Source: Bacteroidota bacterium
GTDB taxonomy: Bacteria > Bacteroidota > Bacteroidia > UKL13-3
DNA length: 64,000 nucleotides
Direction of reading: 5' to 3'
NCBI GenBank assembly: GCA_947464275.1
Contig: CANHVU010000011.1
Coordinates: 23,429-87,428, forward strand
Under the pieces are notes generated by a model. It searched no databases. It was not told where the DNA came from and was given only the letters and a program-made list of their open reading frames with translations. Below are positions 10,605-21,004 of this stretch, one piece after another. Every line of letters starts with the position of its first letter. Position 1 is the stretch's first letter. The translations under genes and the position numbers were made by a program.

Positions 10605-10632
10605 GTTGAATGTTGGGTTTTGAATGTTGAAT
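10605..10632. repeat. Period-7 word repeat gttgaat/gttgggt/tttgaat/gttgaat directly after the hmgA stop
   Basis: Read directly. It is the reverse-complement flavour of the ttNaacaNtcaaaa words at 9397-9437. Confidence 0.8.
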
Positions 10633-10655
10633 TGGTTGGTAATGAAAAGTTGTAA

Positions 10656-11084
10656 ATGTTCTTGAATAAAATAACAAATAGTTTAATTATAATCTTAGTA
10701 TTATCAGTATTGGGCTGCAAGGAAAAAGTAAGGCCTTGCAGCATATCACCCGTTTCTACAATTTGTAAACTAATCATAAAAGACAAATTAACGAATCTGA
10801 ATATGTTTCAAAACTTTGACAGTCTAGAAATGAGAGATAAAAAAGGAAGTTCATCTTTTTATTATTTAGATTCTTTAAATGCCAGAGTAGTTTTAAATTT
10901 AAACGAAAATGATACCAAAATGATTTTATTTAAAATAAAACCTAAGAGCGATTTTGACACACTACTTTTATATTATAATTTAGGATCATGGTATAGTGAA
11001 GATTGTGGATGGCTGCCAAGTTTTAGATTTGATAGTATTTATCACAACAATGAAAAAATTGACTCAAATACAATTTATTATTAA
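10656..11084 (+). CDS. Hypothetical lipoprotein
   Basis: 142 aa. The signal peptide with lipobox reads LIIILVLSVLGC. No recognisable family. Confidence 0.6.
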   Translation: MFLNKITNSLIIILVLSVLGCKEKVRPCSISPVSTICKLIIKDKLTNLNMFQNFDSLEMRDKKGSSSFYYLDSLNARVVLNLNENDTKMILFKIKPKSDFDTLLLYYNLGSWYSEDCGWLPSFRFDSIYHNNEKIDSNTIYY

Positions 11085-11105
11085 ATTGAAATAACCCAAA
11101 AGCAT

Positions 11106-11592
11106 TTGCAAAAAAACTTATCCATACTGAAAGATATAAAAGAAATTATATCCGTTTCGAAAGACAAAGCCATTAGGGCTGTTGACAATGAGCGGGTGTT
11201 GATGTATTGGCATATTGGCAAGCGTATTTTAGAAGAAGAACAAGAAGGAAAAGAAAGAGCGGTTTATGGAGAGTATTTAATTAAAACTCTAGCAGAACAA
11301 TTAGAACCTGAATATGGAAGTGGATTTTCTTATAGGCAATTGAATTTTTTCAGGCAATTTTATAAGACTTTTCCAATTGTGAACTCAGTGCGTTCACAAT
11401 TCAGTTGGACACATTACCGCCTATTAATTTGTATTGAAAATGAGGATAAAATAAGTTTTTATATTGCTGAAAACGAAAAGTACAACAGCGGTAAACAATC
11501 AAACTATTTTTGCAAGCGAATTCCAATTATATTTGCCAACTGAAAAACAATTGATAGAAGAAATAAACAAAGAATTCGATCGAATTAAATAA
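11106..11592 (+). pseudogene. DUF1016/YhcG-type PD-(D/E)XK nuclease gene remnant with the nuclease core deleted
   Basis: The N-terminal 120 aa match the DUF1016 N-domain pattern (VLMYWHIGKRILEEEQEGKERAVYGEYLIKTLAEQLEPEYGSGFSYRQLNFFRQFYKTFP...SWTHYRLL). The frame then degenerates. A +1 frame at ~11490-11592 encodes the family-typical C-terminal tail IFASEFQLYLPTEKQLIEEINKEFDRIK*. About 200 aa of the core are missing. Confidence 0.65.
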
Positions 11593-11596
11593 AACT

Positions 11597-12724
11597 ATGA
11601 ATACAGAACAAACAACAGAAATGTTACCTCAAACTTCAGATTTCCTACCTTTACACGGAACTGATTTTATTGAATTATATGTGGGAAATGCCAAACAAGC
11701 AGCCCATTTTTACAAAACAGCTTTTGGGTTTCAAAGTTTGGCTTATGCTGGTCCTGAAACAGGTGTAAAAGATAGAGTAAGTTATGTATTGATACAAAAC
11801 AAAATGCGCTTAATGCTTACAACTCCTTTGCACTCTGATTCTCCAATTGCGGAGCACCATAAAAAACACGGTGATGGTGTTAAAGTATTAGCTTTGATGG
11901 TAAATGATGCTTACGATGCATTTGAACAAACTACCAAACGTGGCGGTGTAGCCAGTTTAGAGCCAAAAACATTAACCGATACCAATGGTGAAGTGCGCAT
12001 GAGTGGTATTAAAACTTATGGCGAAGTGGAGCATTGGTTCATTGAACGTAAAAATTACAATGGTGTGTTTATGCCTGGTTTTGTTAAGTGGGAAAGCGCT
12101 TATAATCCAGAGCCAACAGGTTTATTGTACGTTGACCATTGTGTAGGAAATGTTGATTGGAATCAAATGAATCCATGGGTAAGTTTCTACGAAAATGTAA
12201 TGGGCTTTAAAAACATCCTTTCGTTTGATGATAACGACATCAGTACTGAATACTCTGCTTTAATGAGTAAAGTAATGAGCAATGGAAACGGCTATGTGAA
12301 ATTCCCTATTAATGAGCCTGCTGAAGGTAAAAAGAAAAGCCAAGTAGAAGAATATTTAGAATTTTATGAGGGTGAAGGCGTTCAACATATTGCAATTGCT
12401 ACACTTGATATTGTTTCAACTGTTAAACAATTAATGGCTCGTGGTGTGGAGTTTTTAAAGGTTCCAAGTAGCTATTACGATGATTTATTAGATCGTGTTG
12501 GACCAATTGAAGAAGACATTGAACCATTAAAAGAATTAGGTATTTTAGTAGATAGAGATAACGAAGGTTATTTATTACAATTATTTACCAAACCTGTTGA
12601 AGACAGACCGACAATGTTCTTCGAAATTATTCAGCGTAAAGGTGCTAAGAGTTTTGGTAAAGGAAACTTTAAAGCCTTGTTTGAAGCCATAGAACGCGAA
12701 CAAGCAAATAGAGGTAACTTATAA
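11597..12724 (+). CDS. hppD: 4-hydroxyphenylpyruvate dioxygenase
   Basis: 375 aa with two VOC/glyoxalase-like domains. The conserved C-terminus reads GVQHIAIAT...FFEIIQRKGAKSFGKGNFKALFEAIEREQ. Confidence 0.92.
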   Translation: MNTEQTTEMLPQTSDFLPLHGTDFIELYVGNAKQAAHFYKTAFGFQSLAYAGPETGVKDRVSYVLIQNKMRLMLTTPLHSDSPIAEHHKKHGDGVKVLALMVNDAYDAFEQTTKRGGVASLEPKTLTDTNGEVRMSGIKTYGEVEHWFIERKNYNGVFMPGFVKWESAYNPEPTGLLYVDHCVGNVDWNQMNPWVSFYENVMGFKNILSFDDNDISTEYSALMSKVMSNGNGYVKFPINEPAEGKKKSQVEEYLEFYEGEGVQHIAIATLDIVSTVKQLMARGVEFLKVPSSYYDDLLDRVGPIEEDIEPLKELGILVDRDNEGYLLQLFTKPVEDRPTMFFEIIQRKGAKSFGKGNFKALFEAIEREQANRGNL

Positions 12725-12732
12725 GTTAGTTG

Positions 12733-12767
12733 ACCATGGTCTATAGTCTATGGACCATGGTCTATTA
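12733..12767. repeat. Period-7 word repeat accatgg/tctatag/tctatgg/accatgg/tctatta directly after the hppD stop
   Basis: Read directly. gaccatggtctat occurs twice. It contains the palindromic ccatgg and can fold. Confidence 0.85.
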
Positions 12768-12776
12768 AATTAAATT

Positions 12777-13544
12777 ATGGCAAAAAAGAGCATTTCAGAG
12801 TTAAGGGCTAAATATTCCAATAGTGAACGCAGGTTTTTAGAAGGTCCGAGAAGCCGAAGAAGAGAGTTTATATTTTCTTTTAAAGTTTTGTACGAATTTT
12901 TAAAAGGCTTTAGAGCGCTACATTTTGTGGGGCCTTGTGTTACTGTGTTTGGCAGTGCAAGGTTTAAAGAAGAGCATTTTTACTATCAAGAAGCCATGAA
13001 AATGGGTGCTGAAATAAGTAAAATTGGCTTTACTGTTATGACAGGTGGAGGGCCTGGAATTATGGAAGCTGCTAACCGTGGTGCTTTTGAAGCTAATGGA
13101 CGTTCAGTGGGTTGCAATATTGTGCTTCCTCACGAACAATCAGAAAATCCGTATGTGCAAAAATCTGTTGAGTTTAGGTACTTTTTTGTGCGTAAAACAC
13201 TTTTGCTTAAGTACTCCTATGCTTTTGTTATAATGCCTGGTGGTTGGGGTACAATGGACGAATTATTTGAGGCACTTACTTTAATTCAAACAGGTAAAAT
13301 GGAGGAATTTCCAGTTATTATTTTTGGTAAAGAATATTGGAAAAACTTAATTGATTTAATCAATGACATGATTGAAAAAGGAACTGTATCACCTGACGAT
13401 TTAAGGCATTTATTAATTACTGATTCAATTGATGAAAGCATTGAGCATTTAAAAAAATACAGTATTGAAAAATTTAGTTTGAAGCACCGAAAAAGAGTTA
13501 AAGCAATGTCTTGGTTAGGTGAGCTTATTAAATGGAAAAGGTAA
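12777..13544 (+). CDS. LOG-family (TIGR00730) Rossmann-fold nucleotide-binding protein
   Basis: Motifs GGGPGIMEAANRGA and PGGWGTMDELFE are present. Confidence 0.88.
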   Translation: MAKKSISELRAKYSNSERRFLEGPRSRRREFIFSFKVLYEFLKGFRALHFVGPCVTVFGSARFKEEHFYYQEAMKMGAEISKIGFTVMTGGGPGIMEAANRGAFEANGRSVGCNIVLPHEQSENPYVQKSVEFRYFFVRKTLLLKYSYAFVIMPGGWGTMDELFEALTLIQTGKMEEFPVIIFGKEYWKNLIDLINDMIEKGTVSPDDLRHLLITDSIDESIEHLKKYSIEKFSLKHRKRVKAMSWLGELIKWKR

Positions 13545-13550
13545 ATTATA

Positions 13551-13919
13551 GTGCTAAAATTTATAACCGATAGAATCAAATCATTTGGCCCTGCATGGAA
13601 GGGCCTTTTTTGGCTATTTAAAAATGAAGGTAATGCCCAATTTCATTTGATAGCAACTATAGTAGTAATAATTGCTGGACTCTATTTTAAGATAAGTAAT
13701 TTTGAGTGGACTTTATCATGCTTTGCAATAGGTTTGGTAATAACATCCGAAGCTTTAAATACAGCCATTGAAAAAACCATTGATTTATTACATCCTCAAA
13801 AACATGAAAAAGCAGGTTTAGTAAAAGACCTAGCAGCGGCAGGTGTTTTAATTGCTTCTATAACTGCCGTTATTATAGCCGCATTGGTTTTTGTGCCAAG
13901 AGTTTATTCCTTATTATAG
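13551..13919 (+). CDS. dgkA: Diacylglycerol kinase family membrane protein
   Basis: 122 aa with three TM segments. The SEALNTAIEKTIDL motif is typical of prokaryotic DAGK. The start is GTG in the ORF track, so the start position is uncertain. Confidence 0.7.
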   Translation: MLKFITDRIKSFGPAWKGLFWLFKNEGNAQFHLIATIVVIIAGLYFKISNFEWTLSCFAIGLVITSEALNTAIEKTIDLLHPQKHEKAGLVKDLAAAGVLIASITAVIIAALVFVPRVYSLL

Positions 13920-13927
13920 TAACGCTA

Positions 13928-14536
13928 TTAATTAATAAATTTATACCCCACTGTAAACTGCAACATAGATGCTCTAGAGCTAAAATCTACATTTTGAGTA
14001 TTTACAGCACTTGCAGCATTACCAATACTGTTAATACTAAAATCATAACGAGCATCAAAACACAATTTCCAAACATCAAAACCTACTCCTATTTGTGCAC
14101 CAACCACAAAATCGTTATAGTTTCCAGTAGCTAAATTAGATGCATTGGTTGCCGACAAATCTTGATTAACCAAAAACTGAAAATTAGGACCAGCGCAAAC
14201 ATTGATTACTCCTAGCACCTTTTTTCCAAATAAAATGGGGACATCAATATAATTTAGCTTGGTAGCCGCACTCGATGGACTAGTGGTTCCATTGCTATTA
14301 ACGGTAAAATTTAAATTTCGGAAAGATATTTCGGGTTGAACAAACATACTCGCAAAACCAATTCGACTAAAGGCACCAATTAATATCCCATTTGATGAAG
14401 AAGGAACTTCAAAATTTTTGAAATCAGATCCAATAATTTGGGTATTGGTTAAACCTGCTTTTATACCCAATTGAAATGTTTGCGCATGAACATTTAAAGC
14501 AAACAATACTATTAAAACTATAAATATTTTTTTCAT
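13928..14536 (-). CDS. Small outer-membrane beta-barrel protein (PorT/OMP_b-brl_2-like)
   Basis: 202 aa. The signal peptide is MKKIFIVLIVLFALNVHAQ. The sequence shows an alternating strand pattern and a C-terminal aromatic stretch ...FTVGYKFIN. Confidence 0.7.
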   Translation of the reverse strand: MKKIFIVLIVLFALNVHAQTFQLGIKAGLTNTQIIGSDFKNFEVPSSSNGILIGAFSRIGFASMFVQPEISFRNLNFTVNSNGTTSPSSAATKLNYIDVPILFGKKVLGVINVCAGPNFQFLVNQDLSATNASNLATGNYNDFVVGAQIGVGFDVWKLCFDARYDFSINSIGNAASAVNTQNVDFSSRASMLQFTVGYKFIN

Positions 14537-14587
14537 AATAATTTATTTTGGTGCAAATTATATAATTCTAAATAAATTTTATTGCAT

Positions 14588-14624
14588 AAAAAAACCTGTT
14601 ACTTGTATAAATAACAGGTTTTGT
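14588..14624 (-). terminator. Intrinsic terminator downstream of atpC
   Basis: Stem acctgtta (14594-14601) / taacaggt (14612-14619). An A-run on the plus strand (14587-14593) gives the U-run on the minus transcript. Confidence 0.75.
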
Positions 14625-14644
14625 AAATATTATTTGATAACAAC

Positions 14645-14878
14645 CTAAGCTAAAACTACTACTTTATTGTTTAATATTTCAACAATACCGCCAGTAATAT
14701 CAAAAGATTGATTACCATTTTCAGTGCCTTTAACCACTACTTGTCCTTTAATTAAGCTACTTACTAAGGCTGCGTGACCTTTCAAAATTTGAAAAGTACC
14801 GTCAGTTCCTGGTAAAGTAACCATTTCAATTTCACCACTAAAAAGTGTTTTATCGGCTGTTATTATATCTAATTGCAT
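14645..14878 (-). CDS. atpC: F0F1 ATP synthase subunit epsilon
   Basis: 77 aa. MQLDIITADKTLFSGEIEMVTLPGTDGTFQILKGHAALVSSL is the typical epsilon N-domain. It lies downstream of atpD. Confidence 0.9.
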   Translation of the reverse strand: MQLDIITADKTLFSGEIEMVTLPGTDGTFQILKGHAALVSSLIKGQVVVKGTENGNQSFDITGGIVEILNNKVVVLA

Positions 14879-14880
14879 AC

Positions 14881-14970
14881 AGTTTAGTTCTTAGTTTTTA
14901 GTTCCTAGTTCTTAGTTTTTAAATAGTTATTATAACTAAGTACTAAAAACTAAGAACTGAAAACTATATT
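14881..14970. repeat. Heptamer-built inverted repeat inserted between atpD and atpC
   Basis: The left arm is agtttag/ttcttag/tttttag/ttcctag/ttcttag (14881-14915). The right arm is the complement ctaagta/ctaaaaa/ctaagaa/ctgaaaa (14936-14963). 17 nt, agttcttagtttttagt, are exactly complementary between the arms. A related half-copy lies at 39627-39665. Confidence 0.9.
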
Positions 14971-14972
14971 TA

Positions 14973-16550
<1,578 letters not shown>

Positions 16551-16661
16551 TTAAAATTGATAGTGTGATTTTAAGCATTAAATAAATTTACCAATTGGTT
16601 TTTAAACCTAATTTTTATTTTGAGTGAAGATATTTTATAAAAATAATTATGTCAAAATGAA

Positions 16662-17534
16662 TTATTGTTTTATAAATTTCAATACTTGGGTTTGGTTGTT
16701 GGTGCTAACTATTTTTAAAACATAAACTCCATTCAATAAATGGCTAATGTCTATTTCAGATTTTAAAAGCCCTTCATCTATTTCTTGCCCTAATAAATTG
16801 GTAATGGTATAACAATTGTTTTGCTCGAAATTATTTTCAATAAATAACTTTTCACTTGCAGGATTAGGATAAATGTTTAAAGAATTCGAATTGATTTGAG
16901 AAATCGAGGTGTACTTAAAATTTAAACTATCAAAATCACATGTTGGTTTTACTGTATCAGGCTCAAAAAAATTATCGCCATTGTACCAAAACACTAATTT
17001 ATTGTTTCTGCAAATTGCTTGTAATTTTGGACCTTGTGGAACAAATGATGCATCGTCTCTCATCCAACCCGTTCTGCTATCGCCTAACCCTTTAATCCAA
17101 ACAAGATTTCCCGCTCCCGCTTGCTTAGAACTTAAAAACCAATGCATGTAGAAGTTACCATCCAAAAGTTGAATTGATTTTAAAGAATCAACCACATACA
17201 AATAATTAAAATAACCTCTGTTTATTTTATCGTTTACTTTTAAATTAAAATCAAAGTACAAGATGGTATCCACTTTGCTATTTGGAAATTTTTTAATTTT
17301 ATAATAAACCTTATTTCCGTTAACAAGCATACTTTCACCAGACATTATAATGTATTCAATATCGGTATCTTTTGCATTCGAAAGGTTAATATCAATAACA
17401 AGAAATTTTCTTATATTCTGAACATCTCTTGATAGGTACATGTAACTGACGTTCGACATCATGACTTGAGCATTGATAAACTGAACCCTAACCAATATTT
17501 GGCTAATGATTAATAATAATTTTATGGTTTTCAT
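16662..17534 (-). CDS. Secreted protein with a T9SS C-terminal sorting domain
   Basis: It has a signal peptide. The C-terminus LNIYPNPASEKLFIEN...LLNGVYVLKIVSTNNQTQVLKFIKQ is a type A T9SS CTD pattern. Confidence 0.75.
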   Translation of the reverse strand: MKTIKLLLIISQILVRVQFINAQVMMSNVSYMYLSRDVQNIRKFLVIDINLSNAKDTDIEYIIMSGESMLVNGNKVYYKIKKFPNSKVDTILYFDFNLKVNDKINRGYFNYLYVVDSLKSIQLLDGNFYMHWFLSSKQAGAGNLVWIKGLGDSRTGWMRDDASFVPQGPKLQAICRNNKLVFWYNGDNFFEPDTVKPTCDFDSLNFKYTSISQINSNSLNIYPNPASEKLFIENNFEQNNCYTITNLLGQEIDEGLLKSEIDISHLLNGVYVLKIVSTNNQTQVLKFIKQ

Positions 17535-17858
17535 GATAGTAATATTTTAAGTTTTATTTAAAAATTATAAGCCCAATTTATCCAATCGCCAACAAAATAT
17601 GTGAAATTGGCTTATTTGATTGAAAAACTAAAGTTTATTTTTAATTGTATTTCCAAATATCAAAAAAATAAAACAATAATCCTAAAGTTTCACTGAAATT
17701 TTTTGACTCAATTATACTGTATTTCAGCATAATTAAATTCTCGACTAGGCTCTTAAACAGCAATTTCAAAAATTTATGTTCCACAAACAATCAACATTGT
17801 TTTGAAAGGCAAAATTTAACGTTTTTATTTGAACCTTAAATCAGTGCAATAATTTTTT

Positions 17859-18350
17859 ATGAGCAACGATCAAATTAAGGAAGAAGTAAAGCAAAAATTC
17901 ATTGTTTTTTTAGAACAAAACGAGCAGCGTAAAACGCCAGAACGTTTTGCTATATTAGATGAAATTTATAGTAATAAAGAGCATTTTGATGTAGAAACGC
18001 TATTTGAACACATGAAAAAACGCAATTACCGCGTTAGCCGAGCTACTGTTTATAATACCCTTGATTTGCTGTTGGATTGTGGATTGGTTATAAAACACCA
18101 ATTTGGTAAAAACTTGGCTCGTTTTGAACGTTCATACGGATTTAGGCAACATGACCACATGATTTGCAATGTGTGTAGCAATATTTTAGAGTTTTGCGAC
18201 CCAAGAATTCATCAAATAAAAACCATGATGGGCGATTTGATGCAGTTTGAAGTTACCAACCACTCGTTATACCTTTTTGGAAACCCCAAAATGGACGAAA
18301 ATAGAAATTGCTTAACATGTAATAAAGTGGTTCCAAAACCTGATTATTAG
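17859..18350 (+). CDS. fur: Fur-family transcriptional regulator
   Basis: 163 aa. A winged helix is present (RVSRATVYNTLDLLLDCGLV), with HDHMICNVC and a CxxC pair near the C-terminus. The fur-purA adjacency is common in Bacteroidota. Confidence 0.8.
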   Translation: MSNDQIKEEVKQKFIVFLEQNEQRKTPERFAILDEIYSNKEHFDVETLFEHMKKRNYRVSRATVYNTLDLLLDCGLVIKHQFGKNLARFERSYGFRQHDHMICNVCSNILEFCDPRIHQIKTMMGDLMQFEVTNHSLYLFGNPKMDENRNCLTCNKVVPKPDY

Positions 18351-18471
18351 TTGCCCTTCGACTTCGCTCAGTGTGACAAATGGTTGATAGGGTTTATTAG
18401 TTAATAAAGTTAAGTATTTATGAATAGCCGTTGTGCTTTAGCCAACGGTATGAAAAGTAAAAAATATAAAA

Positions 18472-19737
18472 ATGATAGATGTAGTATTAGGCCTGCAATG
18501 GGGCGATGAAGGTAAAGGTAAAATTGTGGATGTACTTACCCCTCAGTACGATGTGGTGGCAAGGTTCCAAGGTGGACCAAATGCTGGTCACTCGTTAGAG
18601 TTTAACGGACAAAAGCATGTTTTAAACACCATTCCTTCTGGTATTTTTCACAAACATTGCATCAATATTATTGGCAGTGGTGTAGTAATTGACCCCATTA
18701 CCTTTAAAAAAGAAATTGAAAAAATTACATTGGGTGGTGCTGAACCATTGGTTAATTTATACATTTCGGAAAAAGCACATTTAATTTTACCCACTCACCG
18801 TTTGGTAGATGCAGCAAGCGAAGCCAATAAAGGTGAACATAAAATTGGTTCAACTTTGCGTGGAATTAGCCCAACATATCAAGATAAAATTGGTAGAAGT
18901 GGCTTACGTGTTGGCGATATTTTAGCAGCTAATTTTAACCAAAAGTATGAAGTAGTGGCAGCAAACCACAGAACTTTATTGGATAGGTTTTTACATCCAT
19001 ACAATATGGAGGACCATGAGCCATCATTTTTTGAAGCCATTGAGTTTTTAAAACAATTTAAAATAGTAAATACCGAATATTTCTTGGATGATTTAATGAA
19101 ACAAGGTAAAAAGGTATTGGCCGAAGGCGCTCAAGGTACTTTGCTAGATATTGATTATGGAACTTATCCTTTTGTAACTTCATCAAATACCATAACTGGT
19201 GGTGTTTGTAATGGTTTGGGTGTTGCTCCGCAAAAAATAAAAAGAGTTTACGGAATTTTTAAAGCTTATTGTACCCGCGTTGGTAGCGGCCCCTTCCCTA
19301 CTGAACAAGATAATGAGCAAGGAGAAGAATTACGCCAACTTGGACATGAATTTGGAGCTACTACTGGCCGCCCTCGCAGAACTGGCTGGTTAGATTTACC
19401 AACTTTAAAATACAGCATTATGCTAAATGGTGTAACTGATTTAATTTGTACCAAAAGCGATGTATTAAGTGGATTAGGCGAAATTCCTGTTTGCTATGCC
19501 TACGAAATTGACGGAAAAGTAAGTGATAAAATTCCTTACAGCTTGGTAGATGCCAATATTAATCCTCAATACCAAGGCTTTAAAGGTTGGACTGGCGATT
19601 TAAGTAAAATAAAAAACTACCAAGATTTACCTGAAACTTTTAAAACTTATATGCAATTTGTAGAAGAGCAAATAGGAATTAAAGTAGATACCATTTCGGT
19701 TGGACCAGATAGAGATGAAACAATTATGAGAAAATAA
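18472..19737 (+). CDS. purA: Adenylosuccinate synthase
   Basis: MIDVVLGLQWGDEGKGKIVD P-loop and GATTGRPRRTGWLD motif. Confidence 0.97.
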   Translation: MIDVVLGLQWGDEGKGKIVDVLTPQYDVVARFQGGPNAGHSLEFNGQKHVLNTIPSGIFHKHCINIIGSGVVIDPITFKKEIEKITLGGAEPLVNLYISEKAHLILPTHRLVDAASEANKGEHKIGSTLRGISPTYQDKIGRSGLRVGDILAANFNQKYEVVAANHRTLLDRFLHPYNMEDHEPSFFEAIEFLKQFKIVNTEYFLDDLMKQGKKVLAEGAQGTLLDIDYGTYPFVTSSNTITGGVCNGLGVAPQKIKRVYGIFKAYCTRVGSGPFPTEQDNEQGEELRQLGHEFGATTGRPRRTGWLDLPTLKYSIMLNGVTDLICTKSDVLSGLGEIPVCYAYEIDGKVSDKIPYSLVDANINPQYQGFKGWTGDLSKIKNYQDLPETFKTYMQFVEEQIGIKVDTISVGPDRDETIMRK

Positions 19738-19740
19738 TTT

Positions 19741-19782
19741 CAATTGGCAATTGACAATGAGCAATTGCCAATTGCCAATCCA
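19741..19782. repeat. Period-7 word repeat caattgg/caattga/caatgag/caattgc/caattgc/caatcca directly after the purA stop
   Basis: Read directly. caattggcaattg (19741-19753) and caattgccaattg (19762-19774) are reverse complements, giving a 13-bp hairpin. Confidence 0.9.
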
Positions 19783-19826
19783 ACAATTTGTTGTACTGAG
19801 CTTGCCTCTGGCAAAATAATTTTTCT

Positions 19827-19859
19827 AAAACCTGCTTTAGCAATAAGGCAGGTTTTTTT
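19827..19859 (+). terminator. Intrinsic terminator of purA
   Basis: Stem cctgcttt / aaggcagg with one mismatch, followed by a T-run at 19853-19859. Confidence 0.7.
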
Positions 19860-19933
19860 ATGTGGTTTTGTAAAATTCTTAATATCGGTAAGGTGTATTT
19901 TTTATTTTTACCGATAAATAATATATTTGTGGG

Positions 19934-20902
19934 GTGGAATGGAAAAATTATAATTATGCATTTGAAGGAATTGAGAAATACCTTAAGCGCATAGCCGATA
20001 AAAAAAGTCAGCTCGATGCTTTGCGCCCTTTTCCTGCTGCTGCTCTTAAAAATATAAAGGAGAGTTTAACCATGGAGTGGACTTACAACTCCAACAGCAT
20101 AGAAGGAAATACGCTTACTCTTCAAGAAACCAAAATGGTTATTGAAGAAGGATTTACCATTAAAGGGAAATCGCTACGCGAACATTTTGAGGCAGTTAAC
20201 CACCACGATGCCATTGATTTTGTAGAAAGTTTAGTGAGTAGCAACTATATTTTAACCGATAAAGATATTTTAACGGTTCATGGATTGGTATTGCAAAAAA
20301 TTGAAAAAGAATATGCAGGCCGATATAGAAATGCTGGTGTCAGAATTTCAGGAGCTAATTTTAACCCACCAAATGCTTTAAAGGTTGATACTTATATGAT
20401 GGACTTAATTGAGTGGTTAAACAATGAAACTATTCCAATTAATTCGGTAGTTAAGGCTGCCATTTTTCATCACAGGTTTGTGTGGATTCATCCATTTTTT
20501 GATGGCAATGGAAGAACAGTAAGACTTATTTTCAATTTGTATTTGATGAAATTAGGGTTTCCACCTGCCATTATTTTAAAAAAAGACAGGAAAAAATATT
20601 ACGATGCATTGAACAAAGCCAATAATGGCGATTATTCCAAAATAGTACTAATGGTTTTGCAAGCTTTGGAGCGCTCAATAGATATTTACCTAAGTAATTT
20701 AACCAATACTTACGATGATTACCAACCTATATCGAGTATAGTGAGCGAACCCGATGTGCCTTATGGCCAAGAGTATGTTAGTTTATTAGCTAGGCAAGGA
20801 AAAATAGATGCTTTTAAAGAAGGCAAAAATTGGTACACGAGCAAGGATGCCTTGAATAGTTATATCAATAAACGTGAGCGAAAGAGAATCGTAAAAATAT
20901 AA
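19934..20902 (+). CDS. Fic-family protein (AMPylase-type) with an N-terminal inhibitory motif and a C-terminal HTH-like tail
   Basis: The Fic motif is HPFFDGNGRTVRL. The SxxxEG inhibitory motif occurs in YNSNSIEGN. The only in-frame start in this region is the GTG at 19934. Confidence 0.85.
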   Translation: MEWKNYNYAFEGIEKYLKRIADKKSQLDALRPFPAAALKNIKESLTMEWTYNSNSIEGNTLTLQETKMVIEEGFTIKGKSLREHFEAVNHHDAIDFVESLVSSNYILTDKDILTVHGLVLQKIEKEYAGRYRNAGVRISGANFNPPNALKVDTYMMDLIEWLNNETIPINSVVKAAIFHHRFVWIHPFFDGNGRTVRLIFNLYLMKLGFPPAIILKKDRKKYYDALNKANNGDYSKIVLMVLQALERSIDIYLSNLTNTYDDYQPISSIVSEPDVPYGQEYVSLLARQGKIDAFKEGKNWYTSKDALNSYINKRERKRIVKI

Positions 20903-21004
20903 AAATAAGTTTATATTGATTCTTAACCTATCTAAAATACAAACTAGTTACCTATTGAGGTTAGGATTGACAATTTATTTATAAAAAATGCTTTATTTGT
21001 AATT

